This document shows positions 17,383 through 24,553 of a stretch of DNA of 25,541 bases, piece after piece. The notes under the pieces are model-generated. The model had not been told where the DNA came from. It worked only from the letters and a program-made list of their open reading frames with translations, and searched no databases. Source of the DNA: a virus (lineage: Duplodnaviria; Caudoviricetes); IMG/VR virus record IMGVR_UViG_3300020043_000848, positions 1-25,541 of that record; one strand, written 5' to 3'. Every line of letters starts with the position of its first letter. Within the stretch, counting starts at the first letter, position 1. The position numbers and the translations under genes are program-made.

Positions 17383-17865
17383 ATGCCAACACCTACTTAT
17401 ACACCTCTAGCTACTGTGACTCTAGGCACAGCCGTTAGCTCTGTTACCTTTTCTTCTATTCCAGCAACTTACCGAGATTTGATTGTCGTTTATAGCGGAA
17501 CACTTAGTACTGGTGGGCCATCAGGAATTGAGTTTTATTTCAATGCCGATGAAACCGCAGCGAATTATTCCTATGTTTGGGCTTACGGAGATTCAGGCGG
17601 TGCTGCTTCAACATCAGGAACAAACCAATTTTTTGTTGGAAGCAGCGGACAAAGCACTTCAATTCTTCAGATTATGGATTATTCGGCGACAGATAAACAC
17701 AAAACCACACTTACTCGTTCTAACTCAGCTGCTACAGAAGTAGATATGTTGGCTTCTCGTTGGGCAAACACGGCAGCAATTACAAGTATTGTTTTCAAGG
17801 ACAGTAGTGCTGGGTTTAACTTTGCTTCTGGTTGTACTTTCTCACTTTACGGAGTAATCGCCTAA
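17383..17865 (+). CDS. Ser/Thr-rich beta protein, paralog 2
   Basis: SVTFSSIPATYRDL, ANYS, DYSATDKHKT, RWANTAAITSI, TFSLYG. Confidence 0.65.
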   Translation: MPTPTYTPLATVTLGTAVSSVTFSSIPATYRDLIVVYSGTLSTGGPSGIEFYFNADETAANYSYVWAYGDSGGAASTSGTNQFFVGSSGQSTSILQIMDYSATDKHKTTLTRSNSAATEVDMLASRWANTAAITSIVFKDSSAGFNFASGCTFSLYGVIA

Positions 17866-18371
17866 TGAAACTTATAGAATCTAAAACTGTAGGCACAGCA
17901 GTTGCCTCAGTAGAGTTCACCTCTATCCCTCAAGATGCGACTGACCTCTACCTAACTGTTTCCAGCAGAACTACTGGGGCTGGGCCAGATTGTTTCATTA
18001 GACCAAATGGCTCAACATCAAATATGTCTGGTAGGAGATTACGAGGTAATGGAGTAAACTCTTTATCTAGCACAGAAACAACTGCTTATGTAGAGAATTG
18101 CGTGTCTACCGATACGGCTTCAACATTTTCTAATAACTCGGTCTATTTTACTAATTACACTTCTTCAGCTAACAAGTCAATTTCAATAGACGCTATTAGA
18201 GAGAACAACGCCACAGATGCGAGGCAAGCAATTTTTGCTGCTCTCTGGTCTGATTCAGCAGCTATTACTTCAATTACGATTGTTCCTAGCTCCACTAACT
18301 TTGATGTAGGAAGCACCTTCTCACTTTACAAAATTACAAAAGGCTCTGACGGAATCGTAACAACAAGCTAA
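17865..18371 (+). CDS. Ser/Thr-rich beta protein, paralog 3
   Basis: Start at ATG 17865 (TAATG); SVEFTSIPQDATDL, NYTSSANKS, LWSDSAAITSI, TFSLYK. Confidence 0.65.
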   Translation: MKLIESKTVGTAVASVEFTSIPQDATDLYLTVSSRTTGAGPDCFIRPNGSTSNMSGRRLRGNGVNSLSSTETTAYVENCVSTDTASTFSNNSVYFTNYTSSANKSISIDAIRENNATDARQAIFAALWSDSAAITSITIVPSSTNFDVGSTFSLYKITKGSDGIVTTS

Positions 18372-18387
18372 CAAGAAAGAAAAGAAA

Positions 18388-18621
18388 ATGACAGAAGTAA
18401 TCACAAAGCTAGTGGTTGATTGCAGTACAGGAGAGGCAACTGAGATTCCTCTTACCGAGGCTGAATTGGCTCAAAGAGAAACTGACCGCCTAGCTTACGA
18501 AGCTCAGGAAGCGGAACGCCTAGCTGCCGAGGAAGCAAAAGAAACAGCTAAAGCCTCTGCTAACGCCAAGCTTAAAGCTCTGGGTCTAACTGACGCTGAA
18601 ATCGCTGCTATCACCGCATAA
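18388..18621 (+). CDS. Small helical protein, possible fibre assembly chaperone
   Basis: 77 aa, Ala/Glu-rich; AKLKALGLT.AEI C-terminus; directly follows the triad. Confidence 0.5.
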   Translation: MTEVITKLVVDCSTGEATEIPLTEAELAQRETDRLAYEAQEAERLAAEEAKETAKASANAKLKALGLTDAEIAAITA

Positions 18622-18866
18622 TGGCTGAGGAAACAACTGGGGTACGCATTACCCAGCAAGCAATTTACGCCAAGCAACTTGAGCATGGGGAAACCCTTGT
18701 CAAGATACTTGAGAAGCTAGACCACTTAGACGAAGTTCCAAACCGTCTTCGGGAAGTAGAACTAACCCTTGCCCGGTTAGCGTGGATTGAAAAGATTGCT
18801 TACACCGGACTAGCCGCAGGAATCACCGGACTAGCTTCGGCTCTATTTTCTCTTCTTGTAAAATAG
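18621..18866 (+). CDS. Coiled-coil plus C-terminal TM protein (lysis-region membrane protein)
   Basis: Heptad region followed by hydrophobic IAYTGLAAGITGLASALFSLLV; upstream of the endolysin. Confidence 0.6.
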   Translation: MAEETTGVRITQQAIYAKQLEHGETLVKILEKLDHLDEVPNRLREVELTLARLAWIEKIAYTGLAAGITGLASALFSLLVK

Positions 18867-18870
18867 AACT
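18858..18870 (+). promoter_or_regulatory. GTARRATAGA motif, copy 5; leaderless promoter of the endolysin
   Basis: GTAAAATAGAACT-ATG: TAAAAT 18859-64 is 6 nt before ATG 18871; no SD. Confidence 0.6.
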
Positions 18871-19362
18871 ATGCGTTTTCCTTTTGACAAGCCAATCCCA
18901 AGAATCTCTTCGCCTTATGGCTGGAGGATTCACCCGATAGACAAGGTTCGTCGCCACCATAACGGCGTCGATTACGCGGTTGAAATTGGTCGCCCGGTTC
19001 GAGCTATTGCTAACGGAAAAGTAATCTACGCTGGGCCTTCAACAATCAAGTTCCCTAACGGAGAACCTGCCGGAGCTGGATACATTGTTCGCCTCAGTCA
19101 CAAGATAAACGGGGAATGGATTACGTCGTCTTACTACCACTTGAAAAAGGGTTCTATCAAAGACGCAGAAATAAAAGTGGGGGACTTAGTTTTCGAAGGC
19201 GAGAAGCTAGGCGAATCTGGGAACACGGGAGAATCTACTGGGCCACACCTTCACTTTGAGATTCAGCGCGGTAAGCGATACATCTACACAAACAACGGAA
19301 CCCGCTTTACCGAACCCACTAGCTACATCAAAACCCAAATAGCTCTAGACAAACTAAAGTGA
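18871..19362 (+). CDS. Endolysin, M23 peptidase (single domain)
   Basis: ISSPYGWRIHP, HNGVD (HxxxD), Y.HL, SGNTGESTGPHLHFE (HxH). Confidence 0.92.
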   Translation: MRFPFDKPIPRISSPYGWRIHPIDKVRRHHNGVDYAVEIGRPVRAIANGKVIYAGPSTIKFPNGEPAGAGYIVRLSHKINGEWITSSYYHLKKGSIKDAEIKVGDLVFEGEKLGESGNTGESTGPHLHFEIQRGKRYIYTNNGTRFTEPTSYIKTQIALDKLK

Positions 19363-19631
19363 AAATCTTTGACGCTCTAATGCTTCTTCGAGAGCAAGAA
19401 GGCGAGGACACTTCCGGCCCGTCTTGGAAGTATCGACGGAAGCTAATCTATGGCGGTTATCGCTTAGGCTTCGTTATGATTATCTTTGGAATGGGAACCT
19501 TCTTCTTTGACAAGGAAGTATCTGTTCAGCTTGTAATTGGCGGTGTTGCTCTAATCTCGATTATCCTTACCGCATACACCGCGTCTGCTACCTTTGAAGA
19601 CGTAAACCTATACAAGAAAGAAGAAGAATAA
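19359..19631 (+). CDS. Two-TM membrane protein, holin-like
   Basis: Two hydrophobic segments with basic WKYRRK before TM1; GTG start overlaps the endolysin stop. Confidence 0.6.
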   Translation: MKIFDALMLLREQEGEDTSGPSWKYRRKLIYGGYRLGFVMIIFGMGTFFFDKEVSVQLVIGGVALISIILTAYTASATFEDVNLYKKEEE

Positions 19632-19816
19632 TGTTCAATCTAACCCCGCATACCCGCAAGTGGATTTATGGAATTATCGCAGCAACCGTTCCACTACTAA
19701 TTAGCCTTGGAACAATTACAACCGAACTAGGCGCGCAGATTCTAAACGTCGCCGCAGCTCTACTAGCAATCGGTGGTTCTGCCCTAGCAATTACTTACGT
19801 CCCGGACGAAGAGTAA
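19631..19816 (+). CDS. Holin (small two-TM, actinophage type)
   Basis: RKWIYGIIAATVPLLISLG...LNVAAALLAIGGSALA; end of the lysis cassette. Confidence 0.7.
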   Translation: MFNLTPHTRKWIYGIIAATVPLLISLGTITTELGAQILNVAAALLAIGGSALAITYVPDEE

Positions 19817-20076
19817 CGCTCCGCTTCGGTGGTCCCTCCCCAAATTCCGGTAACCCGGGTAGAGAGCGCGTAGTCGCGACATCTTACCCTAACCGGACAC
19901 CTCCCGCACATAGATTTGGCAATTTCTTCTACCAAATTTTGGGCCTCTTTGCTTGCTTCTTGCGCGAAAAATACCTCCGGAAGCTCCTCGCATTCAACCG
20001 GGCCGCACTCTAGGATTGCTTCGTGAAGCTCTAAATACTTGCGCTCGATACCGAGTAAATGTCTTAGGGTAGTCAT
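19795..20076 (-). CDS. whiB: WhiB-family Fe-S transcription regulator
   Basis: C...PEVFF, AKSMCGRCPVRVRC and GIWGGTTEAER: four-Cys plus G[I/V]WGG signature. Confidence 0.92.
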   Translation of the reverse strand: MTTLRHLLGIERKYLELHEAILECGPVECEELPEVFFAQEASKEAQNLVEEIAKSMCGRCPVRVRCRDYALSTRVTGIWGGTTEAERYSSSGT

Positions 20077-20094
20077 AGATTGACCTTATAGGAT
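20077..20094. promoter_or_regulatory. Back-to-back divergent -10 elements (whiB leaderless / rightward recombination operon)
   Basis: Minus-strand TAAGGT (20088-20083) is 6 nt before the whiB ATG; plus-strand TAGGAT 20089-94 abuts it. Confidence 0.5.
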
Positions 20095-20124
20095 AATCAA
20101 AACAAAAAAGCTAGAAAGGGAAAA

Positions 20125-21009
20125 ATGATAAAGGAACTTGAGCTAAAGGAATTAGGGGACGCCGTTCTTCTCGGCAACTACGAAAGCGGTTCTCCGGAGT
20201 GGCACGAACTACGCAAAGAGAACGGAGCTGTCGGAGGTTCCGACATTGGAGCAATCGCCGGACTTAGTCCTTGGGAATCGCAGATAACAAAGTGGGCCAA
20301 GAAGACGAATCAAATAGAAGATAGCTTCGAACCGTCTATGGCTATGCGACTTGGAACAAAACTCGAAGCTCCTATTCTCGAAATCTTTTCCGAGGAACAC
20401 CCGGAATACGAAATCTTTACAACCGGAACGTGGGCGCATAAAGACTTCAACTGGCAACGCGCTAATCCGGACGCTCTCTATCGCAAGCCTGACGGAACGT
20501 GGGGCATTATCGAAGTCAAGTTCTCGCGCGACTATTGGAGCGAAGTTCCACAACACTACCGCGCGCAGGTGCTTTGGTATATGAACGTCTTTGCTATTCA
20601 GGAAGCTAAGTTGGTTGCTTTAGCCGGGTCAAGCTATCAAGAGTTTGACGTCGAGTGGGATAGCTTCGAAGCGTCTTCTCTAATTGCTGCGGCTTACCGC
20701 TTTAGGGAATCGGTTCTCAATAACAAAATGCCGGACTGGGACGGTAGCAACTCTACCTTTGAAACTATCCGCGCTATGAATCCGAAAATCGAAGAAGGCG
20801 AAGAACATCTAGACGAACTAGGGGTTCACTACTTTATTGCCCTAAGTCAATTTGAAGAAGCGGAAAAGAAACTTACCGAACTAAAGAGTCGAGTTCTCTC
20901 GGCTATGGGCGGAAAGAAAAAAGGAATCGTCTACGGCGAACACGCGATAAGTCTTCGCGCTCGCGGATTAGGCAATCCTTACCTACATCACGAGAAAGGG
21001 AAAAAGTAA
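20125..21009 (+). CDS. YqaJ-like viral recombinase exonuclease (lambda-exo family)
   Basis: EWHELR..., GGSDIGAIAGLSPW, GTKLE, ANPDAL, IEVK, HYRAQVLWYM. Confidence 0.92.
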   Translation: MIKELELKELGDAVLLGNYESGSPEWHELRKENGAVGGSDIGAIAGLSPWESQITKWAKKTNQIEDSFEPSMAMRLGTKLEAPILEIFSEEHPEYEIFTTGTWAHKDFNWQRANPDALYRKPDGTWGIIEVKFSRDYWSEVPQHYRAQVLWYMNVFAIQEAKLVALAGSSYQEFDVEWDSFEASSLIAAAYRFRESVLNNKMPDWDGSNSTFETIRAMNPKIEEGEEHLDELGVHYFIALSQFEEAEKKLTELKSRVLSAMGGKKKGIVYGEHAISLRARGLGNPYLHHEKGKK

Positions 21010-21133
21010 TGCCAGAACTAATTCTTAGCGGATTTGGAAACGAAGACATAACTATTGACCTAACAGGAAAGACACCTGAGCAAGCAATAGAGCAAGCGAT
21101 TGAACAAGTAAACGAGAAAGGAAAAAGTAAATG
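20990..21133 (+). repeat. Near-identical 22-nt direct repeats at gene junctions
   Basis: ACGAGAAAGGGAAAAAGTAATG 20990-21011 and ACGAGAAAGGAAAAAGTAAATG 21112-21133. Confidence 0.75.
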
Positions 21134-21134
21134 A
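21009..21134 (+). CDS. Hypothetical protein (41 aa)
   Basis: Not in the ORF track: MPELILSGFGNEDITIDLTGKTPEQAIEQAIEQVNEKGKSK*. GAAAGGG RBS, with TAATG and ATGA couplings on either side. Confidence 0.65.
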   Translation: MPELILSGFGNEDITIDLTGKTPEQAIEQAIEQVNEKGKSK

Positions 21135-21319
21135 AGAAATGCTCCTGCGGTAATAGCGAGAAATACGACAACAACGGTCTTTATAAGACCGAAGACCTCA
21201 TTGAATTATTTTGGGGACTACTGAAAGACGGATACACCGGACTTGGGTTCGGTCTTATCCTTGACCTAATTGAACGCGACGTGAAAGACCAAAGAGAAAG
21301 GGAAGAAGAAATTGGCTAA
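21131..21319 (+). CDS. Hypothetical protein (62 aa)
   Basis: GAAAGG RBS; coupled to both neighbours. Confidence 0.6.
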   Translation: MKKCSCGNSEKYDNNGLYKTEDLIELFWGLLKDGYTGLGFGLILDLIERDVKDQREREEEIG

Positions 21320-21830
21320 CTTCAATCTAAACGACTACGAAACTGTCGAGGAAAGACTAAGAAGATTTTGGGCTGACCCGGCTAACGAAGACGCGCGACT
21401 AGTAACAATAAATAGAACAACGCCTCAAGACCGCGCGGTTGGAACTTGGGTCGTCGAGGCTCGACTCTACCTAACACAAGAAGACCAAGCTCGCGACTTA
21501 CCAAAAACAACGGGCTGGGCCTTCGAGGTAGACGGCAACGGAATGGCTAACAAATTTTCAGCACTCGAGAACGGAGAAACCTCGGCTCTCGGAAGGTGTC
21601 TCGGAAATTACATCTACTCCGGAAACAAAAGAGTCACCCGAGATGAAATGGAAAAGGTTGCTCGCGGAGTTGCTCCGAAGCTACCGACTCGAGATTGGCT
21701 AAAGGAGGCGGACGAACTAGGCAAGGACATAGACAAGCTTCGTCTTCTTTACTCCGAGGCTAAGACGGCTAACGCTTCTAACGAAGTTCTCGAACGAATC
21801 AAAGAACTAGCAGCTTTAGCGGGAGCCTAA
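21312..21830 (+). CDS. Putative single-strand annealing protein (Rad52/Sak-like)
   Basis: DYETVEERL..F, TGWAFE, SALENGETSALGRCL pattern; lies downstream of the YqaJ exonuclease; TTG start with RBS. Confidence 0.55.
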   Translation: MANFNLNDYETVEERLRRFWADPANEDARLVTINRTTPQDRAVGTWVVEARLYLTQEDQARDLPKTTGWAFEVDGNGMANKFSALENGETSALGRCLGNYIYSGNKRVTRDEMEKVARGVAPKLPTRDWLKEADELGKDIDKLRLLYSEAKTANASNEVLERIKELAALAGA

Positions 21831-22159
21831 TGGAAACCCCGGGCCAGATTGTTGAAGAGCTTCAGCGTATAAGCAAAGAAATGGAGAAGGGAGCTTCTGC
21901 TCTCTATGACGCAGAAGTAAAGCTTGCGGACGCGGAGGCAACTTATGACAAGTCCGTATCTCTATCTTTCCTCAATAGCCAAGGCACAGTAGCAGACCGT
22001 CAAGCCATAGCCAAGCTTCAAGCAATAGACGAAAAGCTCAAGTCCGACCTTGCTCGGGCGGAGTTCAATCGAGTAAAGATGAAGATGAAGGTTCTTTCCG
22101 ACACGGCCACAATGACCGCGGTTATTAGCCGGAACGTAGAACTCCAATGGCGGAGCTAG
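21830..22159 (+). CDS. Coiled-coil hypothetical protein (109 aa)
   Basis: Helical, GTVADR motif; TAATG-coupled within the recombination module. Confidence 0.6.
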   Translation: METPGQIVEELQRISKEMEKGASALYDAEVKLADAEATYDKSVSLSFLNSQGTVADRQAIAKLQAIDEKLKSDLARAEFNRVKMKMKVLSDTATMTAVISRNVELQWRS

Positions 22160-22185
22160 ACTAATGGGCGGAGGATTGGCGGGGT

Positions 22186-22419
22186 ATGAAGATTCGGGAA
22201 AAGTGTTCTTGTGGCGCAAGTTTTCAAGCGTCCGGGGACGAAGCTACGCAACTCTACAAGAATTGGATTCGTCGCCACTCCTGCCCAGAACCGACTTCAG
22301 AAGAGATTCTAAACTTCCGAGATACCGACAGCTCTTCAACGATTGGATTCTCCGCAGATTATTCCGGGACGGGTTTAGACCTGCCCGCGAAGAAATACGA
22401 CCCTTGGGAAGAGGACTAA
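22186..22419 (+). CDS. Small Cys/His protein (CSCG...HSC), possibly Zn-binding
   Basis: 77 aa, GGAGG upstream, acidic C-terminus. Confidence 0.55.
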   Translation: MKIREKCSCGASFQASGDEATQLYKNWIRRHSCPEPTSEEILNFRDTDSSSTIGFSADYSGTGLDLPAKKYDPWEED

Positions 22420-22468
22420 AGAGTTTTCTAAATTCGCGCGAACGCACGAGTGTTTGTAGGTTTTCACA

Positions 22469-22798
22469 ATGAATAAAAAAGAGTTTCAAAAATACCTAGA
22501 CCGAGATAAGGCTTGCCCTTGTTGCGGTTCAACTGGCGACGAACTAGTTCCACAACACCGAGCTAATCGAGGAATGGGCGGGAGCAAAGAACGCAATCGA
22601 CCGTCGAACATAATTGTCTTCTGCTCATTCTCTAACGGACTTATGGAATCTTCTCCGGGCTACGCAGCTAAGGCACGAACGAAAGGCTGGAAGCTTTATT
22701 CGCACCAAGACCCGGCAGAAACTCCGGTGAGTCTTTGGGACGGTTGGCACTTGCTAGACGATAACTTTGGAAAGGTTCCAACGAACCAACCAGACTGA
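22469..22798 (+). CDS. HNH endonuclease-like protein
   Basis: RDKACPCCG, QHRANRGMGG, PSNIIVFCSFSN; leaderless-type TAGGTT-N6-ATG upstream (22457-62). Confidence 0.75.
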   Translation: MNKKEFQKYLDRDKACPCCGSTGDELVPQHRANRGMGGSKERNRPSNIIVFCSFSNGLMESSPGYAAKARTKGWKLYSHQDPAETPVSLWDGWHLLDDNFGKVPTNQPD

Positions 22799-22807
22799 AA
22801 GGAAAAA

Positions 22808-23227
22808 ATGACTGGATACGAACCACGCTTTGATGTGGACTTTACACGGGGACGAATCGGGGAAGAGCTTGTCGAAACTTTCTTAGCTGACCTAATCGGC
22901 AAAAAGATAGAAGTCAAAACTGATTACCGAGTAAATGAAACCGGGAATGTCTACGTTGAAACGTGGCAGTATTCCGAACCCGACGCTTCAGACAAGAAGC
23001 AATCTGGAATAAACGTAAGCGAAGCGGAATACTATTGCTTTGGCTCCCCGCTTGGGGAGGGATTCGTAATGATAAAAACCAGCGTCCTCAAGGAGTTCAT
23101 AAGCAACACGAACCCCCGCGAAGCAAGGCAACCAATCGCTTCTAAGAAAACAAAGGCTTCAATCGGGCGACTGATACCGCTTGCTGATTTGTTGGCTAGT
23201 ATCGGACTAGCAAAGAAAGGGAACTAA
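22808..23227 (+). CDS. PD-(D/E)xK-like nuclease-fold protein
   Basis: GRIGEELV...KIEVKTD...TGNVYVE...SGI..SEAEYY; GAAAGG RBS. Confidence 0.6.
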   Translation: MTGYEPRFDVDFTRGRIGEELVETFLADLIGKKIEVKTDYRVNETGNVYVETWQYSEPDASDKKQSGINVSEAEYYCFGSPLGEGFVMIKTSVLKEFISNTNPREARQPIASKKTKASIGRLIPLADLLASIGLAKKGN

Positions 23228-23886
23228 TGCCTCTGATTCGGGGACATCATTCATTCGACGACCATTTCACGCAGATACCAAATGACTGGTTGCGCGATAA
23301 AAGAATTTCACTTGGAGCTAAAGGACTACTAGCGCAGTTACTCTCTCACTCTCCGGGGTGGCGCATTAGCCAAGAAAGTCTAGGTCGGGATAACGGAGTC
23401 GGGCGCGACGCAATCCGGACGCTGATAAACGAACTTCTCGAAGCGGGTTATCTAGTGCGTTCCGAAGAGCGGGAGCGCGGAGAGAAAGGTTATCTCGGAG
23501 GCTACACTTACACCACACAAGACCCTACGCAGGATAATCCTACGCAGGACAATCCGCTACTTAAGAAGACTATTACTAAGAAGAACAACTTAAAGAATAA
23601 CGAGAGAATATATAGCGAATCCGAGTTTGATTCTTTTTGGAGCAACTACCCGAAGAAGGTAGACAAAGGCGCAGCACTCCGAGCGTTCAAGCGGGCAATC
23701 AAAAAGCAAGACCCGGAGTTAGTGATTGCCGGAGCCAAGGCTTACGGTCAAGACCCAAATCTTCCCGACAAGCAATTCATAAAGAACCCGGCGACTTGGC
23801 TAAACGCAGAAGCTTGGAACAACGGGCCACTACCTAGGCGCAACAAAACCGACTCAAAGGCATTAGAGGATTGGGCCAATGACTAA
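23227..23886 (+). CDS. Replication initiator (N-terminal HTH, replisome-organizer-like C-terminal domain)
   Basis: FTQIPNDWLRD..ISLGAKGLL, INELLEAGYL (wHTH); FDSFWSNYPKKVDK and KNPATWLN. Confidence 0.85.
   Translation: MPLIRGHHSFDDHFTQIPNDWLRDKRISLGAKGLLAQLLSHSPGWRISQESLGRDNGVGRDAIRTLINELLEAGYLVRSEERERGEKGYLGGYTYTTQDPTQDNPTQDNPLLKKTITKKNNLKNNERIYSESEFDSFWSNYPKKVDKGAALRAFKRAIKKQDPELVIAGAKAYGQDPNLPDKQFIKNPATWLNAEAWNNGPLPRRNKTDSKALEDWAND
23524..23615. repeat. Iteron-like 15-bp tandem repeat plus A-rich tract (probable replication origin)
   Basis: CCTACGCAGGATAAT (23524-38) and CCTACGCAGGACAAT (23539-53), followed by an A-rich strand-asymmetric tract, in the linker of the initiator gene. Confidence 0.6.
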
Positions 23887-24238
23887 AAACGAACTAAAAG
23901 AGCTAATGGAATACCTAAGCGCAATCGACAATCGACAACTCTCGGCCGAGAAGCTACAGGTTTGGTTTGACCTTGTCGGCTTTCTAGACTTCGTAGACGC
24001 AAAGGCCGCAGTTATTGAAGCCCAGCGCGACGAATCTATTTCTTACGTTGAAGCTAAGCACGTTATTGCTTACGCGCTCCGAAGCAAGGAAAGAAGAAAG
24101 GCTGAGGAAGTTCGGGCGACTTCTTACAAGGAAGAACGAATCGGCGACCCGCACCCAATTTGCGCTCACGGATTGAGGCTTCTAACTTGTGACCCTTGTT
24201 GTCGAAACGCAGCGATTCAGGCAGGACTGCTACGCTAA
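23879..24238 (+). CDS. Helicase loader/inhibitor-like protein (SPP1 G39P-like N-terminus)
   Basis: MTKNE...L...SAIDNR.......W...L...D...AV, directly after the initiator; C-terminal C.H...C..C. Confidence 0.6.
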   Translation: MTKNELKELMEYLSAIDNRQLSAEKLQVWFDLVGFLDFVDAKAAVIEAQRDESISYVEAKHVIAYALRSKERRKAEEVRATSYKEERIGDPHPICAHGLRLLTCDPCCRNAAIQAGLLR

Positions 24239-24242
24239 TGCG

Positions 24243-24512
24243 GTGGAAGAGAACGAAGCTATCTGTAACCGTTGCGGGCATATTTGGCGCGTCAAAATTG
24301 ACGAACCGAAGACGGGCGTCCGTTGCTCCGATTGCCGAATGGGACAATCGCTTATCGTCAAGTATGGAAATACTAAGTGCCTTCCTTGGCAGGGCGACTT
24401 TGACTCCGCGACCCTTACGCAGCCAATCTATGAAGGCAAACCAGTCTTACCCGGAATTCGAAATTGCGGACACCTCGACTGTTGTAATCCCGAACACATC
24501 AAAAAGTCTTAG
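24243..24512 (+). CDS. Cys-rich Zn-binding protein with an HNH-like C-terminal loop
   Basis: CNRCG, CSDC, C..WQG and CGHLDCCNPEHI. Start placed at GTG 24243 (TGcTACGCT-N6-GTG leaderless pattern). Confidence 0.65.
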   Translation: MEENEAICNRCGHIWRVKIDEPKTGVRCSDCRMGQSLIVKYGNTKCLPWQGDFDSATLTQPIYEGKPVLPGIRNCGHLDCCNPEHIKKS

Positions 24513-24553
24513 CTTGCTAGTAAAGTAAGAAAACAAAAGAAAGGTAAAACAAA

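Noticed and set aside
16817-18371. Diversity-generating retroelement target in the paralogous triad
   Set aside because: No reverse transcriptase and no near-identical template/variable repeat pair differing at adenines in the window; similarity is mostly at protein level.
22164-22472. 102-aa ORF overlapping the 22186 gene
   Set aside because: Arg/Leu-rich shadow frame; the 22186-22419 frame has an RBS and a coherent Cys/His motif.
22469-23227. HNH and PD-(D/E)xK genes as the restriction partner of the MTase
   Set aside because: They are 21 kb away inside a typical phage DNA-metabolism module; nothing links them to an R-M system.
24196-24528. 110-aa alternative-frame ORF
   Set aside because: Overlaps the Cys-rich gene, which has recognisable Zn motifs and a promoter-start geometry.
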